Source of the DNA: an uncultured Verrucomicrobiae bacterium
Lineage (GTDB): Bacteria; Verrucomicrobiota; Verrucomicrobiia; Chthoniobacterales; UBA10450
NCBI GenBank assembly: GCA_963726745.1
Contig: CAVSDR010000004.1
Span: 64,001-128,000, forward strand
DNA length: 64,000 bases
Reading direction: 5' to 3'
Shown here one piece after another: positions 53,801 to 62,748 of the stretch (position 1 is the stretch's first letter; each line of letters starts with the position of its first letter). The position numbers were made by a program, and so were the translations under genes. The notes under the pieces are model-generated. The model was not told where the DNA came from, searched no databases, and saw nothing but the letters and a program-made list of their open reading frames with translations.

Positions 53801-53866
53801 CGCGAAACGTGGCACCATGCCCACGCGGTGCAATCCGCCACTGCCTCGAAACACGAATCCCCTTCT

Positions 53867-54349
53867 GTGCGCGCGCTCCTGCTTTGCTTTTGCCTCTTCG
53901 CCAGTCCGGTCCTGGCCACGCCCACGGTCTACCTCGTGCGCCACGCGGAGAAAGCGCCGAACGATCCGAAGGATCCCGACCTGTCCGACGCCGGCCGGAA
54001 GCGCGCGCAAAATTTAGCCAGCACTTTGAAGGACGCCGGCCTCACCGCGATCTACGCCACCGAGTTGAAACGCACGCAACAAACTGCCGAGCCGCTGGCG
54101 CGCGCCACCGGCCTGCAGGTCACCATCGTCCCCGCCGCCGAGACCGCCGCGCTGGTCGCGCAATTGCAGGAAGCGAAAGGAGCGGTGCTCGTCGTGGGTC
54201 ATTCGAACACGCTCCCGGCGATCGTAAAAGCGCTCGGCGCCTTCGCGCCAATTACCCTCGATGACGCTGCCTACGACGATCTCTTCATTGTCACCGCGGG
54301 CGCGCCGGCCTCGCTCCTGCACCTCCATCTGCCAGCGGCCCACGATTGA
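53867..54349 (+). CDS. Secreted histidine-phosphatase-family protein
   Basis: LVRHAEK, RTQQTA, VGHSNT. Confidence 0.87.
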   Translation: MRALLLCFCLFASPVLATPTVYLVRHAEKAPNDPKDPDLSDAGRKRAQNLASTLKDAGLTAIYATELKRTQQTAEPLARATGLQVTIVPAAETAALVAQLQEAKGAVLVVGHSNTLPAIVKALGAFAPITLDDAAYDDLFIVTAGAPASLLHLHLPAAHD

Positions 54350-54407
54350 CACCGCCGCTGTCCTGTCGTTAGGCTAGCACCCGTTTTAAAATCCGAGACT
54401 TCCGCTT

Positions 54408-55262
54408 ATGAGACCCATCTGGAAAGGCAGCATCAGCTTCGGCTTGGTTTACATCCCCATCTCGGTTTATCCCGCGACGCGTGAAGAGAAGCTTAGCTTC
54501 CGCCAACTGCGCGCGGCCGACCTCAGCCCGATCAAATACAAAAAGGTCGCGGAGGTGGATCAAAAGGAAGTCCCTGCGGCCGAGATCGTGAAAGGTTACG
54601 AGTATGAGCGCGGGCAATTCGTCGTCCTGAAGGAGGAAGATTTCGCGAAGGTGAAGATCGAGTCGACCCATTCCATCGACATCACCGACTTCGTGGAAGT
54701 GGAGCAGGTCGACCCGAAATATTTCTACAAGCCTTACTTCCTCGAGCCGCAAAAGGGCGGAGAAAAAGCCTACGCGCTGCTGCACAAAGCGCTCGCCGGC
54801 ACCGGTAAGATCGGCATCGCCAAGGTCGTGATCAGCGGCCGCGAGCACCTCGCTTCGGTCAAGCCGGATGGGCTGTTCCTTGTGCTCGAGTTGATGCATT
54901 TCGCCTCGGAAATTCTCGCGCCGGATGAACTCAACAAGCCGACGACGGCGATCTCGGACAAGGAATTGAAGATGGCGCAAACGTTAATCGACAGCATGTC
55001 GAGCGACTGGGAGCCGGAGAAGTATCGCGATGAATATCGCACCGCGGTCATGGAGATGATCGAGCAGAAGGCGCAGCATAAAGAGATCACCGCCAAACCC
55101 GATGCGCCGGTCCGGGCGACCAACGTGGTCGACCTGGTCAAGGTCTTGCAGGAGAGCCTGGCGCGAAACCAATCGCTCAAGCCGAAACGCGCCAGCGGTG
55201 CCCGGAGCGGCGGGCGCTCAACCGCCACCTTGGTGAAACAAAAGCGGCGTGTTGCTGCCTAA
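54408..55262 (+). CDS. ku: NHEJ DNA end-binding protein Ku
   Basis: WKGSISFGLV.IP, IVKGYEY, PYFLEP, YRDEY, NVVDL; basic C-terminal tail. Confidence 0.95.
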   Translation: MRPIWKGSISFGLVYIPISVYPATREEKLSFRQLRAADLSPIKYKKVAEVDQKEVPAAEIVKGYEYERGQFVVLKEEDFAKVKIESTHSIDITDFVEVEQVDPKYFYKPYFLEPQKGGEKAYALLHKALAGTGKIGIAKVVISGREHLASVKPDGLFLVLELMHFASEILAPDELNKPTTAISDKELKMAQTLIDSMSSDWEPEKYRDEYRTAVMEMIEQKAQHKEITAKPDAPVRATNVVDLVKVLQESLARNQSLKPKRASGARSGGRSTATLVKQKRRVAA

Positions 55263-55963
55263 CGAGCGAGCCGCGCGATTAATTCCTGCGCAAAGCGCGG
55301 GCCGACGCCGCTCTCCTCGTGCTTGAAGTAAATGTAAGCGTCCGACCACCCGGCGGCGTGCGCGCGGATTACCTCGGCCCAACGATCCATGTCCGCCGCG
55401 ACATAGTCCTCCCGGCGCAGTCGCAGGTAGCCGAAATTAGCCGTCGCGATGTCCGGCGTGCTGAGCTTCTCGCTCTCGGCCAGGCAGAGCGCGGCGTTCT
55501 TCCCCCGGAGCAGCGAGAAAACTTCGTCGCAGAGCCAGCTCGCTTCGCGGAACTCGAAGGCGCAGCGCAGGCCCTCCGGTAGATCGGCCAGGAAGGCCTC
55601 CAGCACCGCGGCGTCCTTCTTAAACGTGGGCGGCAATTGGAAGAGCACACAGCCGAGTTTCTTCTCCAGGTCGCAGATGACCCCGTGGAAAAAACGCAGC
55701 GTCTCGCCGCAATCGCGCAACTTTTGCCAGTGGGTCACGCGCTGCGGCGCCTTCAGGCTGAAGCGAAAATTCTCCGGCGTGCCCTTCCACCAGCCGTCGA
55801 TCGTCTTCGCGCTCGGGATGCGCCGAAAGCTGTAATTGATCTCGGTGCTCGTTAGGCGTTCGCTGTAAAAGCGGAGCATCTTGGCCGCCGCAAGATCTTC
55901 CGGGTAGAAAGTCCCCTTCCATTCCGCATACTGAAATCCAGAAGTGCCAATCCAAAGATTCAT
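55259..55963 (-). CDS. DUF72-domain protein
   Basis: IGTSGFQY..W.G.FYP, EINYSF, FQLPP, FEFR, YLRLR. Confidence 0.9.
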   Translation of the reverse strand: MNLWIGTSGFQYAEWKGTFYPEDLAAAKMLRFYSERLTSTEINYSFRRIPSAKTIDGWWKGTPENFRFSLKAPQRVTHWQKLRDCGETLRFFHGVICDLEKKLGCVLFQLPPTFKKDAAVLEAFLADLPEGLRCAFEFREASWLCDEVFSLLRGKNAALCLAESEKLSTPDIATANFGYLRLRREDYVAADMDRWAEVIRAHAAGWSDAYIYFKHEESGVGPRFAQELIARLAR

Positions 55964-56023
55964 CCGAGAACGCTCCGCGCGGCCACATCCTGCCGTCTGT
56001 TTTCGCGGAAGACCAGCGCGCGC

Positions 56024-56842
56024 ATGAAGTTTGAGATCGTGCCCGCGGCTGAGGTCGCGCTCGCGCAACAGGCCCAGCTCGCGAATGCTGCCTTTGCCGA
56101 TTACATCGGCGGCTGGCATCCGCTGGACGCGGTCGCGCTCGCGGAGTTTCTCGCCCGGCAAGGCGCCGATCTTTTCCTGAGCCGGCTCGTGCGGGCCCAT
56201 GGCGAACTCCTGGGTCTGTGCTACCTCAACCGCACCGGCCGCATCCTGCGCTGCGGCGGGATGGCGCTGGTGCCGGCAGCGCGTGGGAGCGGCGCGGGCG
56301 ACGCGCTTTTCGCAGCCGTTCTCTCCGACGCGCAAACGGCCGGCGACGAAGCGCTCCTGCTGGAAGTGATCGAACAAAACCCGCGCGCGCATGCCTTCTA
56401 CCGGCGGCATGGATTCCGGAATCTGGGCCGGCTGGGCGGTTGGCGGCGCGCCGCGGGCCCGGTCGAAGCGCCGGCAGAAATCACGGAAATTTCCGTCGCC
56501 AAAGCGCTGTCTGTTTACGACCCGCGCGAATATCCGGAAGCGCCCTGGCCAATCTCGCGCGGCGCGATTGCAAAGGTCGCCGGGACCCGAGCCTTCCAAG
56601 CGGACGGCGGCGTGGTGATTCTTTCCAAGCCCGAGATCCATCCCGTGCGCGTGCATGGACTCTTCGCCCGCGGCGCCCGCATCGGTCTCCGGACGTTGCT
56701 CGCGGGCGCACTGGCGCGTTTCCCGGAGCGCGAGTTTTTCGTTCCGCCGGTCTGGCCGGAGGGAGATGGCGCGACGATCTTCGAGCCGCTCGGATTCGTG
56801 CGCGAGCCGCTCTCGCAGTTCTTCCTCCGGCGCGATCTCTAG
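56024..56842 (+). CDS. GNAT-family acetyltransferase
   Basis: VPAARGSGAG and LEVIEQNPRAHAFYRRHGF. Confidence 0.85.
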   Translation: MKFEIVPAAEVALAQQAQLANAAFADYIGGWHPLDAVALAEFLARQGADLFLSRLVRAHGELLGLCYLNRTGRILRCGGMALVPAARGSGAGDALFAAVLSDAQTAGDEALLLEVIEQNPRAHAFYRRHGFRNLGRLGGWRRAAGPVEAPAEITEISVAKALSVYDPREYPEAPWPISRGAIAKVAGTRAFQADGGVVILSKPEIHPVRVHGLFARGARIGLRTLLAGALARFPEREFFVPPVWPEGDGATIFEPLGFVREPLSQFFLRRDL

Positions 56843-56844
56843 CC

Positions 56845-57546
56845 ATGCCCAACCACTACGCCACGCTGGGCCTGGAACGCGACTGCACGCTCGCAGAGGT
56901 GCGCGAAGCCTACCGCCGCCTGGTCAAGGAGCATCACCCCGACCGCCACGCGCAGGCGCCGGAAGCAGTCCGGCGGGCGCAGGAATTGAACGCTGCGCAT
57001 GAGGTCCTGAGCGACCCGACGCGCCGCCGTGTCTACGATCGCGAGCAGGGCGGCGGCCGCACGCCGCGCGCCGGCCGCATCTCCCACGATCTCGCGCAGG
57101 ATGTGAACCTGCGGCTGGAAGATTTTTTCCGCGGGACGGCGCTGACGGTGACGGTGCGCGACCCGCTGAGCCGCGAGCCGGAAACCTACCCGGTGGAGAT
57201 TCCGCCCATGACTGCGCCCGGGACGCGCCTGCGCCTCGCGAGAAATTCCGGCGAAGGCCACCTGCGGCTGCGCTTGCGCGCCATGCCTTCGGCGCGGTTC
57301 AAGCCGCGCGGAAGCGATCTCCGCTGCGACCTGCGGATCGACGCGCGCCGCGCGGCCGCGGGCGGAAGCGAGACGATCACCGGCGCGGACGGCCGGAGGT
57401 TGACCGTGCGCATCCCGGCGCAGGCCGGCCGCGGCGAGATGGTGCGTTTGCCTAACGAAGGGTTGCCGCGGGCGCGCGGCGGACGAGGCGACTTGCTGGT
57501 GAAAATAACCTACCGGGTCGAGGTGCAGGTGCGCCGCGCTCGTTAG
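56845..57546 (+). CDS. DnaJ-class (CbpA-like) J-domain protein
   Basis: HYATLG..AYRRL..HPD; C-terminal DnaJ domain (GRGDLLV); no zinc finger. Confidence 0.88.
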   Translation: MPNHYATLGLERDCTLAEVREAYRRLVKEHHPDRHAQAPEAVRRAQELNAAHEVLSDPTRRRVYDREQGGGRTPRAGRISHDLAQDVNLRLEDFFRGTALTVTVRDPLSREPETYPVEIPPMTAPGTRLRLARNSGEGHLRLRLRAMPSARFKPRGSDLRCDLRIDARRAAAGGSETITGADGRRLTVRIPAQAGRGEMVRLPNEGLPRARGGRGDLLVKITYRVEVQVRRAR

Positions 57547-58070
57547 GGCCGGAGCGCGCTGGTGAAGCGGACCAGCTCCGCCGCGACCTGGTCAATGCGC
57601 TGTTGGATTTGCGCGTCCTGGACGGTGTCGCCGTCGAAGGCGCTCTCGTTTGCGTAGACAAAACGCGGGATGATGACGCTGCGAAAATCGAGCATGAGCG
57701 AGTTCGCATAGGCCATGACGGACATGTAGCTGCTCATGCCGCCGGCGGCGCAAAGGAAGCCCACGACCTTGTCGGTCCACGCTTTCCCGGTGAGCTCGAT
57801 CATGTTTTTAGCCGACGCGCTCACATCGTAGTTATAGACCGGCGCGGCCACCAGAATACCGTCGGCCCGGGCGATCACGGCACTGAGTTTTTGGGCGCCG
57901 GGCGCGGCGTAACACGCCCCGGCATCGCAGAGCGGCAGGTCAAGCTCCCGCAGGTCGATCCACTCCGGCGCGACGCCCAGTTTCTCGAGCGCGGCCAAGG
58001 CGCTCCGGCCGAGGCGGCGGCTGTTGCTCGCGGGATTCCCGCTCGTGCTCACGACAAGGTATTTCGGCAT
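57543..58070 (-). CDS. NADPH-dependent FMN reductase
   Basis: SGNPASNSRRL, APVYN...SAKN, K.VGFLCAAGG. Confidence 0.88.
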   Translation of the reverse strand: MPKYLVVSTSGNPASNSRRLGRSALAALEKLGVAPEWIDLRELDLPLCDAGACYAAPGAQKLSAVIARADGILVAAPVYNYDVSASAKNMIELTGKAWTDKVVGFLCAAGGMSSYMSVMAYANSLMLDFRSVIIPRFVYANESAFDGDTVQDAQIQQRIDQVAAELVRFTSALRP

Positions 58071-58114
58071 AACGACGCGGCGAAATTAGCCGACAACTTC
58101 ACCGCTGGCTACTT

Positions 58115-59206
58115 TCAGCCGAGGTCGAAATCGGCCCAGAGGAGGGCGTGATCGCTCGCGGCATTGGTCTCGCCCGTGACCGTGGGCAGGGGCGGATATT
58201 TCTCCCGCACTTTCTTCGTCTTCGACCAAATGCCGCGCCGCTCGATCCCGACCCCGCGCAGGCGCGGCCAAAGCGCGTCGGAGACCAGGAGGTAATCGAT
58301 CTGGTCGTTTTTGCTCGGGATGGCGTCGTCGCGATAAGTCCAGCGATCCGCGTCCGCAGGGAGTTTGTCGAAGGTGTTGCGCAAGCCGGGATGCCGCAGG
58401 AGCGGCGCGAGCGATTCGTTCTTGGGCAGTTCGTTGAAGTCGCCCGCGACCACGACCCACTGCCGCTTCAGGTCGAAGCGGCGCAGGATTTCGCGCACGC
58501 GCTCCGCCTGCCGGAGACGCCGGGCATCGTTGCTCGCCTGCGAGCCGTAGCCGCGGCTCTTAAAGTGGTTCACCAGGACCCAAAGGCTGCGCGTGCCCGG
58601 CACATCGAGCTGGAATTGCGCGCAATCGCGGCTGAAAACCGGCCGCTTCGTCTCGCTGTCTAAATCGTCCACATGGCTCTGCATGTCGCCAATCGGGCAG
58701 CGCGAGAGCAGGCCCACGTCGATCCCGCGGTCGTCGTTCCCGTCGATCACCATCGCGTGCGCGAAGGGCGCCGGCTGGAGCAGGGTGTCGTTAAATTCGC
58801 GCAGCACCGGGCGGCTCTCCACCTCGACGCAGCAAAGGACATCCGGGTCCACCGCGCGGATGATGCGACCGGTGTTTTCAATCGCGGCCGCGCTGACCAC
58901 GCAACGGCGCCACTCGATCCACCCGATCCAATCGGCCCGCCCATCGGCCACGATCTTGCCCGTGCTCGTGGCCAGCCGGCCACGCGTTTGCTGGAGGAAA
59001 AAGGGCCCGTAGTTCCCGAGCGCGCGGTGTTTCTTCAGGAGCGCGAGGATGCGCTGCTTGTCCGCGGCGGTGTAGACCGGCTGCTCGATCAGGCGATGGA
59101 GCGCGGCCGCATCCGCGAGGATCTCCGCGTTCTTCACCTGGTCGGGGCCGGCCATGGCTTTGATCCGGCTGAAGAGGTTCTCGACATTGTAGGTGGCGAT
59201 GCGCAT
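58115..59206 (-). CDS. Endonuclease/exonuclease/phosphatase-family protein
   Basis: ATYNVENLF, VEVE, GNDDRGIDVG, NHFKS, GDFNE, IDYLL, SDH. Confidence 0.9.
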   Translation of the reverse strand: MRIATYNVENLFSRIKAMAGPDQVKNAEILADAAALHRLIEQPVYTAADKQRILALLKKHRALGNYGPFFLQQTRGRLATSTGKIVADGRADWIGWIEWRRCVVSAAAIENTGRIIRAVDPDVLCCVEVESRPVLREFNDTLLQPAPFAHAMVIDGNDDRGIDVGLLSRCPIGDMQSHVDDLDSETKRPVFSRDCAQFQLDVPGTRSLWVLVNHFKSRGYGSQASNDARRLRQAERVREILRRFDLKRQWVVVAGDFNELPKNESLAPLLRHPGLRNTFDKLPADADRWTYRDDAIPSKNDQIDYLLVSDALWPRLRGVGIERRGIWSKTKKVREKYPPLPTVTGETNAASDHALLWADFDLG

Positions 59207-59237
59207 GGCGTTTCCTGCGAATAGATTTCGCGACTCG

Positions 59238-61010
59238 TTAGGCGTGGATCCAGAAAGCGCTGTCGGCAAATTGCTCGCCGCGCCACCACTCGCGCGGCAC
59301 CGCGCGGCGGCAGAAGTTGACTGAGCCGGCCTGGCTTTGCAGCGGGGCGAGCACTTCGCCCGCGGAGTCGCGTTTCGCGCGAAACTCCGGCGTCTCCGGG
59401 ACGACCGCGACGATGTGGCCAGATTTCCCGTCGAGTTTACGGCGCGCGACGATCAGGCCCACGCCGCCGAGGTTGGCCGCTTCCTGGAGCTTTGTCAGCG
59501 TGCCCGTCTGCCGCCAGCCGAAGCGCAGCCCGAAGTCGCGCAACCAGCGGAAGAGGTCGTTTGCGCGCTGTTCATCGATCGTTTTTTCGTAGAGCGGCGG
59601 GACTTCCTCGCCTTTAGCCAGCAACTCGACCGCGCCCGGCGTCCACCAAACGCGCGGGAGGTAGACCCCGGCGAGGTGGCAATAATCGTGCGCGTAGATG
59701 TTGCAGAAAGTGCAGCCGCCGGCGGGCTGGTAACGCCGGTGCGCCGGCTGCTCGACCGCCAGCCAGTCGATGATCGCCGCCAGCTCGGCGGTGCGTTCGG
59801 CCGCGCTTTCCCCGGCGCGGCCGGGTTGCCCTGGCTCGTTCAGCGAATGCGGGCCGGCGCAATCGACCCGCCGGGTCACGCTCCCCGGCGCGCGCGGCAT
59901 GTAGACCGCGACCAGGCCGGAGGTCGGCTCGACCGTCTGCGGCTGGGCCACGGGAATCTGCGGCTCGCACGGCACGGGCGGCCGCGTCTTCGGCTTGCGC
60001 GGCTTTTTCCCCGCGGGCCGGGCCGGCTGGGCGCGTTTCACCCGGCGGAGGTATTTGGCAAAGGCCCAGCCGCGGAAGTAGGCGCCGTTCAAGCTCGTCT
60101 CCACCTCCAGGAAACCGCCGGATTTCTTCGCGGAAAGCCGCTGCACGAGATGGCCGGCGGGCAAGCACGCAAGGACATTCGCGACCTCATCCTCCTTCGG
60201 AATCGAAGGATCGCGCCGCAACCGGAGCGCGTTGCTGGCCTTCACCTCGTAGACCGGGCGGACGCAGGGGAAGAGCGTGGGCGCGGCCAACGGTGCCACC
60301 CCAGCCGCCGGCGCGACCGCAGCCACCACTTCGCCCACCAGTCCGATCCCCTGCGAAATCCGGAGGTATTCGTGGATGTTCTCGCCGTAAAAGCGGCCGT
60401 CGGACTCATGGCCTTGCTTGAAGCCACGGCTCGGGCTGCAGCTGCCCTTGTTGTAGGCGATGGCTACGAAAACTTGCTCGCTGTCGGTTAACGTTCGCCG
60501 ATCGGACCAGCCCTGCCGCGCCAGAGCTTGCTTGAGCTCGAGCAACAGGAGGTCGAGGCAAGGCTCGAAACGCTGCCAGCATTTTCCGAGGAACCACTCG
60601 GGATTCTCCCGGAAGAACTGAAGATCGTACTGAAAAATCCCGAATCCGTGGCAGAACTTTCCGGGGTTGCGCAAGGCAAAGCCGTAACCTGGGACTACGC
60701 GTGCGAGGTCCAGCAGCGCCTCCCGCGCGATCGCAAACATTTCCGGCCCGCGCGGCGCGGAGAGCAGGTCGGATTTGGTTCGCGGGAAGGCGCAGCGGCC
60801 TTTGTCGGCATCCAGCGTATCGCCCACGCAAAGCCGGAGGACGTCGGCTTCGCCGAGGCCCTTGGCGACCAGCGGACTCCAGATGTAGCAGGTCTCCTGG
60901 GTGGCGATGGCCGCCACGAGATCGACGCTGAACGGCGTCGAAGCGACAGCCGCCGCGGCTCGGCGGCCGAAAGTGGTCTTGAACCAGGCGATCGCGTCAC
61001 GGGTGGTCAT
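59238..61010 (-). CDS. Putative peptidoglycan hydrolase: lysozyme-like + SH3-like + CHAP/NlpC-like domains
   Basis: AIATQET, GFGIFQ and AYNKG (GH23/SLT-like); LRLRRDP..GWAFAKYL (SH3b-like); TFCNIYAHD..GHIVAV (Cys/His). Confidence 0.65.
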   Translation of the reverse strand: MTTRDAIAWFKTTFGRRAAAAVASTPFSVDLVAAIATQETCYIWSPLVAKGLGEADVLRLCVGDTLDADKGRCAFPRTKSDLLSAPRGPEMFAIAREALLDLARVVPGYGFALRNPGKFCHGFGIFQYDLQFFRENPEWFLGKCWQRFEPCLDLLLLELKQALARQGWSDRRTLTDSEQVFVAIAYNKGSCSPSRGFKQGHESDGRFYGENIHEYLRISQGIGLVGEVVAAVAPAAGVAPLAAPTLFPCVRPVYEVKASNALRLRRDPSIPKEDEVANVLACLPAGHLVQRLSAKKSGGFLEVETSLNGAYFRGWAFAKYLRRVKRAQPARPAGKKPRKPKTRPPVPCEPQIPVAQPQTVEPTSGLVAVYMPRAPGSVTRRVDCAGPHSLNEPGQPGRAGESAAERTAELAAIIDWLAVEQPAHRRYQPAGGCTFCNIYAHDYCHLAGVYLPRVWWTPGAVELLAKGEEVPPLYEKTIDEQRANDLFRWLRDFGLRFGWRQTGTLTKLQEAANLGGVGLIVARRKLDGKSGHIVAVVPETPEFRAKRDSAGEVLAPLQSQAGSVNFCRRAVPREWWRGEQFADSAFWIHA

Positions 61011-61073
61011 ATAAAAATGTGCGTAAGAAATTTAGCCAGCAACTTCCACGGCTGGAGACGTGATCCGTTTTCA

Positions 61074-62717
61074 CTAGAAGATGTTTTCGAAAGTTATCCG
61101 CGCGAACAGGTTGCCGCTTTTGCTAGGTGAGCCAGCAACTGTTTGGAGATAGCCCAGTTCCATCCGCGCGATCACCACGGTCAGTTGCAACCCACCGCCT
61201 ACTGCGACCTCCAACGGCTCCCCCTCGGACCCCGCGAAGTCGGCTAAAAACAGCGGCTTGAGCGCGTAAACTTTGGCTCGGTCGGCGATGAACGCGATGG
61301 CTGGCTGGACCTCCGAGTAGGTCTGCCGCGCCTTCACCATCGCGGCCTCGGGCGACATCCCCTGCTCTTCCAAATCGGCCGCGTAAAAGGCCACCGAATC
61401 CCCGGCTTTGTTCTTCAAAAGCCGCTTCAAGGAAAGGCCGGGCGCAACCTCTTCGTCGGGAATCAACGGCCGGGAGAGCCCCGGCACCGGCAGCGCGAGG
61501 TTCAGATTGAGATGCCAATAAGCCCGTGTCCCGCGCTCGCCCCGCTGAGCCTGGCCTTCACCCTGGCTGCGAAGGAGCGGGCCTTCCGGGAACGCGGCCA
61601 GCGCGCGGGAGTCGAGGGCATCGTAGAGAAAATTGCGCTCGGTGTGACCGCCGAAAAAGCGGGCGTAAGCCGGCGCCGACCAAGCCTTGCCGCCGCCCAG
61701 GATCGCCTCCAGGCCGATCGTTTGGCCGGCCGCGACCGGAATTTCCCGCGCAAACGCGACCAACCCCGCGGCCCGCCCGTAGTCCGAACCCGTTCCGGGC
61801 GCCGCCGCTTCCGCCCAGAGAGCCGCCCGCAAAAATCCCCCGCCCGCCCGGCCCTCAGCCCCGAGACGCAGGCCCAGGGCGTGTTCCGTGGTGCGGCCCG
61901 CGCCGGCAAATTCGTTTGCTCCGTAGCGATATTCCCCGTCGAGCGAAAAGCTCCAGCCGCTCGCCGGCCGGAAACGCGCGCCGGCACCGACTTTACCCGC
62001 GGTCCGCCGCAACGTCCTCGGGCCGCGTGGCGCTTCGGTCGACTCAAAAAGAGCCGACACGCTCAGCCGCTCGAGCGTTTCGCCCGGGTGCAGCCGGCTA
62101 AGCGCCAGCTCGGTCCCAGCGTCGTAAAACGTTTCCTGGACCGACTTCCGCCCGCCGGCGTTGAGCTGGAGGCGCAGGCCATCCGGCCGCGGGCGGAGCA
62201 GATCGACCGCGATCGCGCCCGTGGGCGCAAAGCCATATTCCTTGTCGTAATAAGCGCCCGCCTGCGGATGGAGCGCGCGCAGCGGAGCCGGCACCGCCTG
62301 GTAGAAAGTGGCAAACCCAGAGCGCGGCAAGGGCAGGATGTTGCCGCCTATTTCCAGCAGGTCGACCCGCACCGAGCGCACCTCGATGAGCACATCGACC
62401 TGCCGGCCCTCGGCCAGCAAGCAAGGGCTGATGTAGGTCACGCCGAGCGCGCCCAGGTTTTGTAGCTCGAAGCCGCGGCGCTCCTCGGCGTGGAGCGCTT
62501 GCTGGACCGCGCGCAATGCCGTCTGGACCCCGGCATTGCTGAAGCGGTCGCCGGGAGCGATCGGCAAAGGCAACCGCGGCACCCAGCGGCCTTCGACCCG
62601 CACGCTCCGGATGGTGTAGCCGGCGGCTTCGTCGAGATCGTCGCGGCATTGGGCCGTCGCCTCCGCGACCAGCACGCCGCTGAGCAGGAGACCCAGGGAG
62701 AAACGCGGGAGCTTCAT
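61074..62717 (-). CDS. Putative outer-membrane beta-barrel (POTRA-like N-terminus; Omp85/TpsB-like)
   Basis: Signal peptide; IRSVRVEG POTRA-like start; amphipathic strands; ends FARITFENIF. Confidence 0.55.
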   Translation of the reverse strand: MKLPRFSLGLLLSGVLVAEATAQCRDDLDEAAGYTIRSVRVEGRWVPRLPLPIAPGDRFSNAGVQTALRAVQQALHAEERRGFELQNLGALGVTYISPCLLAEGRQVDVLIEVRSVRVDLLEIGGNILPLPRSGFATFYQAVPAPLRALHPQAGAYYDKEYGFAPTGAIAVDLLRPRPDGLRLQLNAGGRKSVQETFYDAGTELALSRLHPGETLERLSVSALFESTEAPRGPRTLRRTAGKVGAGARFRPASGWSFSLDGEYRYGANEFAGAGRTTEHALGLRLGAEGRAGGGFLRAALWAEAAAPGTGSDYGRAAGLVAFAREIPVAAGQTIGLEAILGGGKAWSAPAYARFFGGHTERNFLYDALDSRALAAFPEGPLLRSQGEGQAQRGERGTRAYWHLNLNLALPVPGLSRPLIPDEEVAPGLSLKRLLKNKAGDSVAFYAADLEEQGMSPEAAMVKARQTYSEVQPAIAFIADRAKVYALKPLFLADFAGSEGEPLEVAVGGGLQLTVVIARMELGYLQTVAGSPSKSGNLFARITFENIF

Positions 62718-62748
62718 CTTGCTGCCTATTTTTTTAGCGCGGCCCTCG

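Larger units (their letters stand above)
887..59241. repeat. Dispersed over-represented short motif TCGTTAG(GC)/(GC)CTAACGA, 49 copies counted
   Basis: Manual count of 25 forward and 24 reverse copies; positions are listed in findings. Confidence 0.85.

Noticed and set aside
56218..57546. 442-aa ORF suggesting an N-terminally extended DnaJ protein
   Set aside because: The extension overlaps the GNAT gene in another frame; the J-domain starts at ATG 56845.
887..59241. TCGTTAG copies as a CRISPR array, tandem repeat or Chi/KOPS site
   Set aside because: Copies are short, irregularly spaced and inside genes. The 25:24 strand balance argues against a replichore-polarised signal, unless the window spans ori or ter, for which I see no sign.
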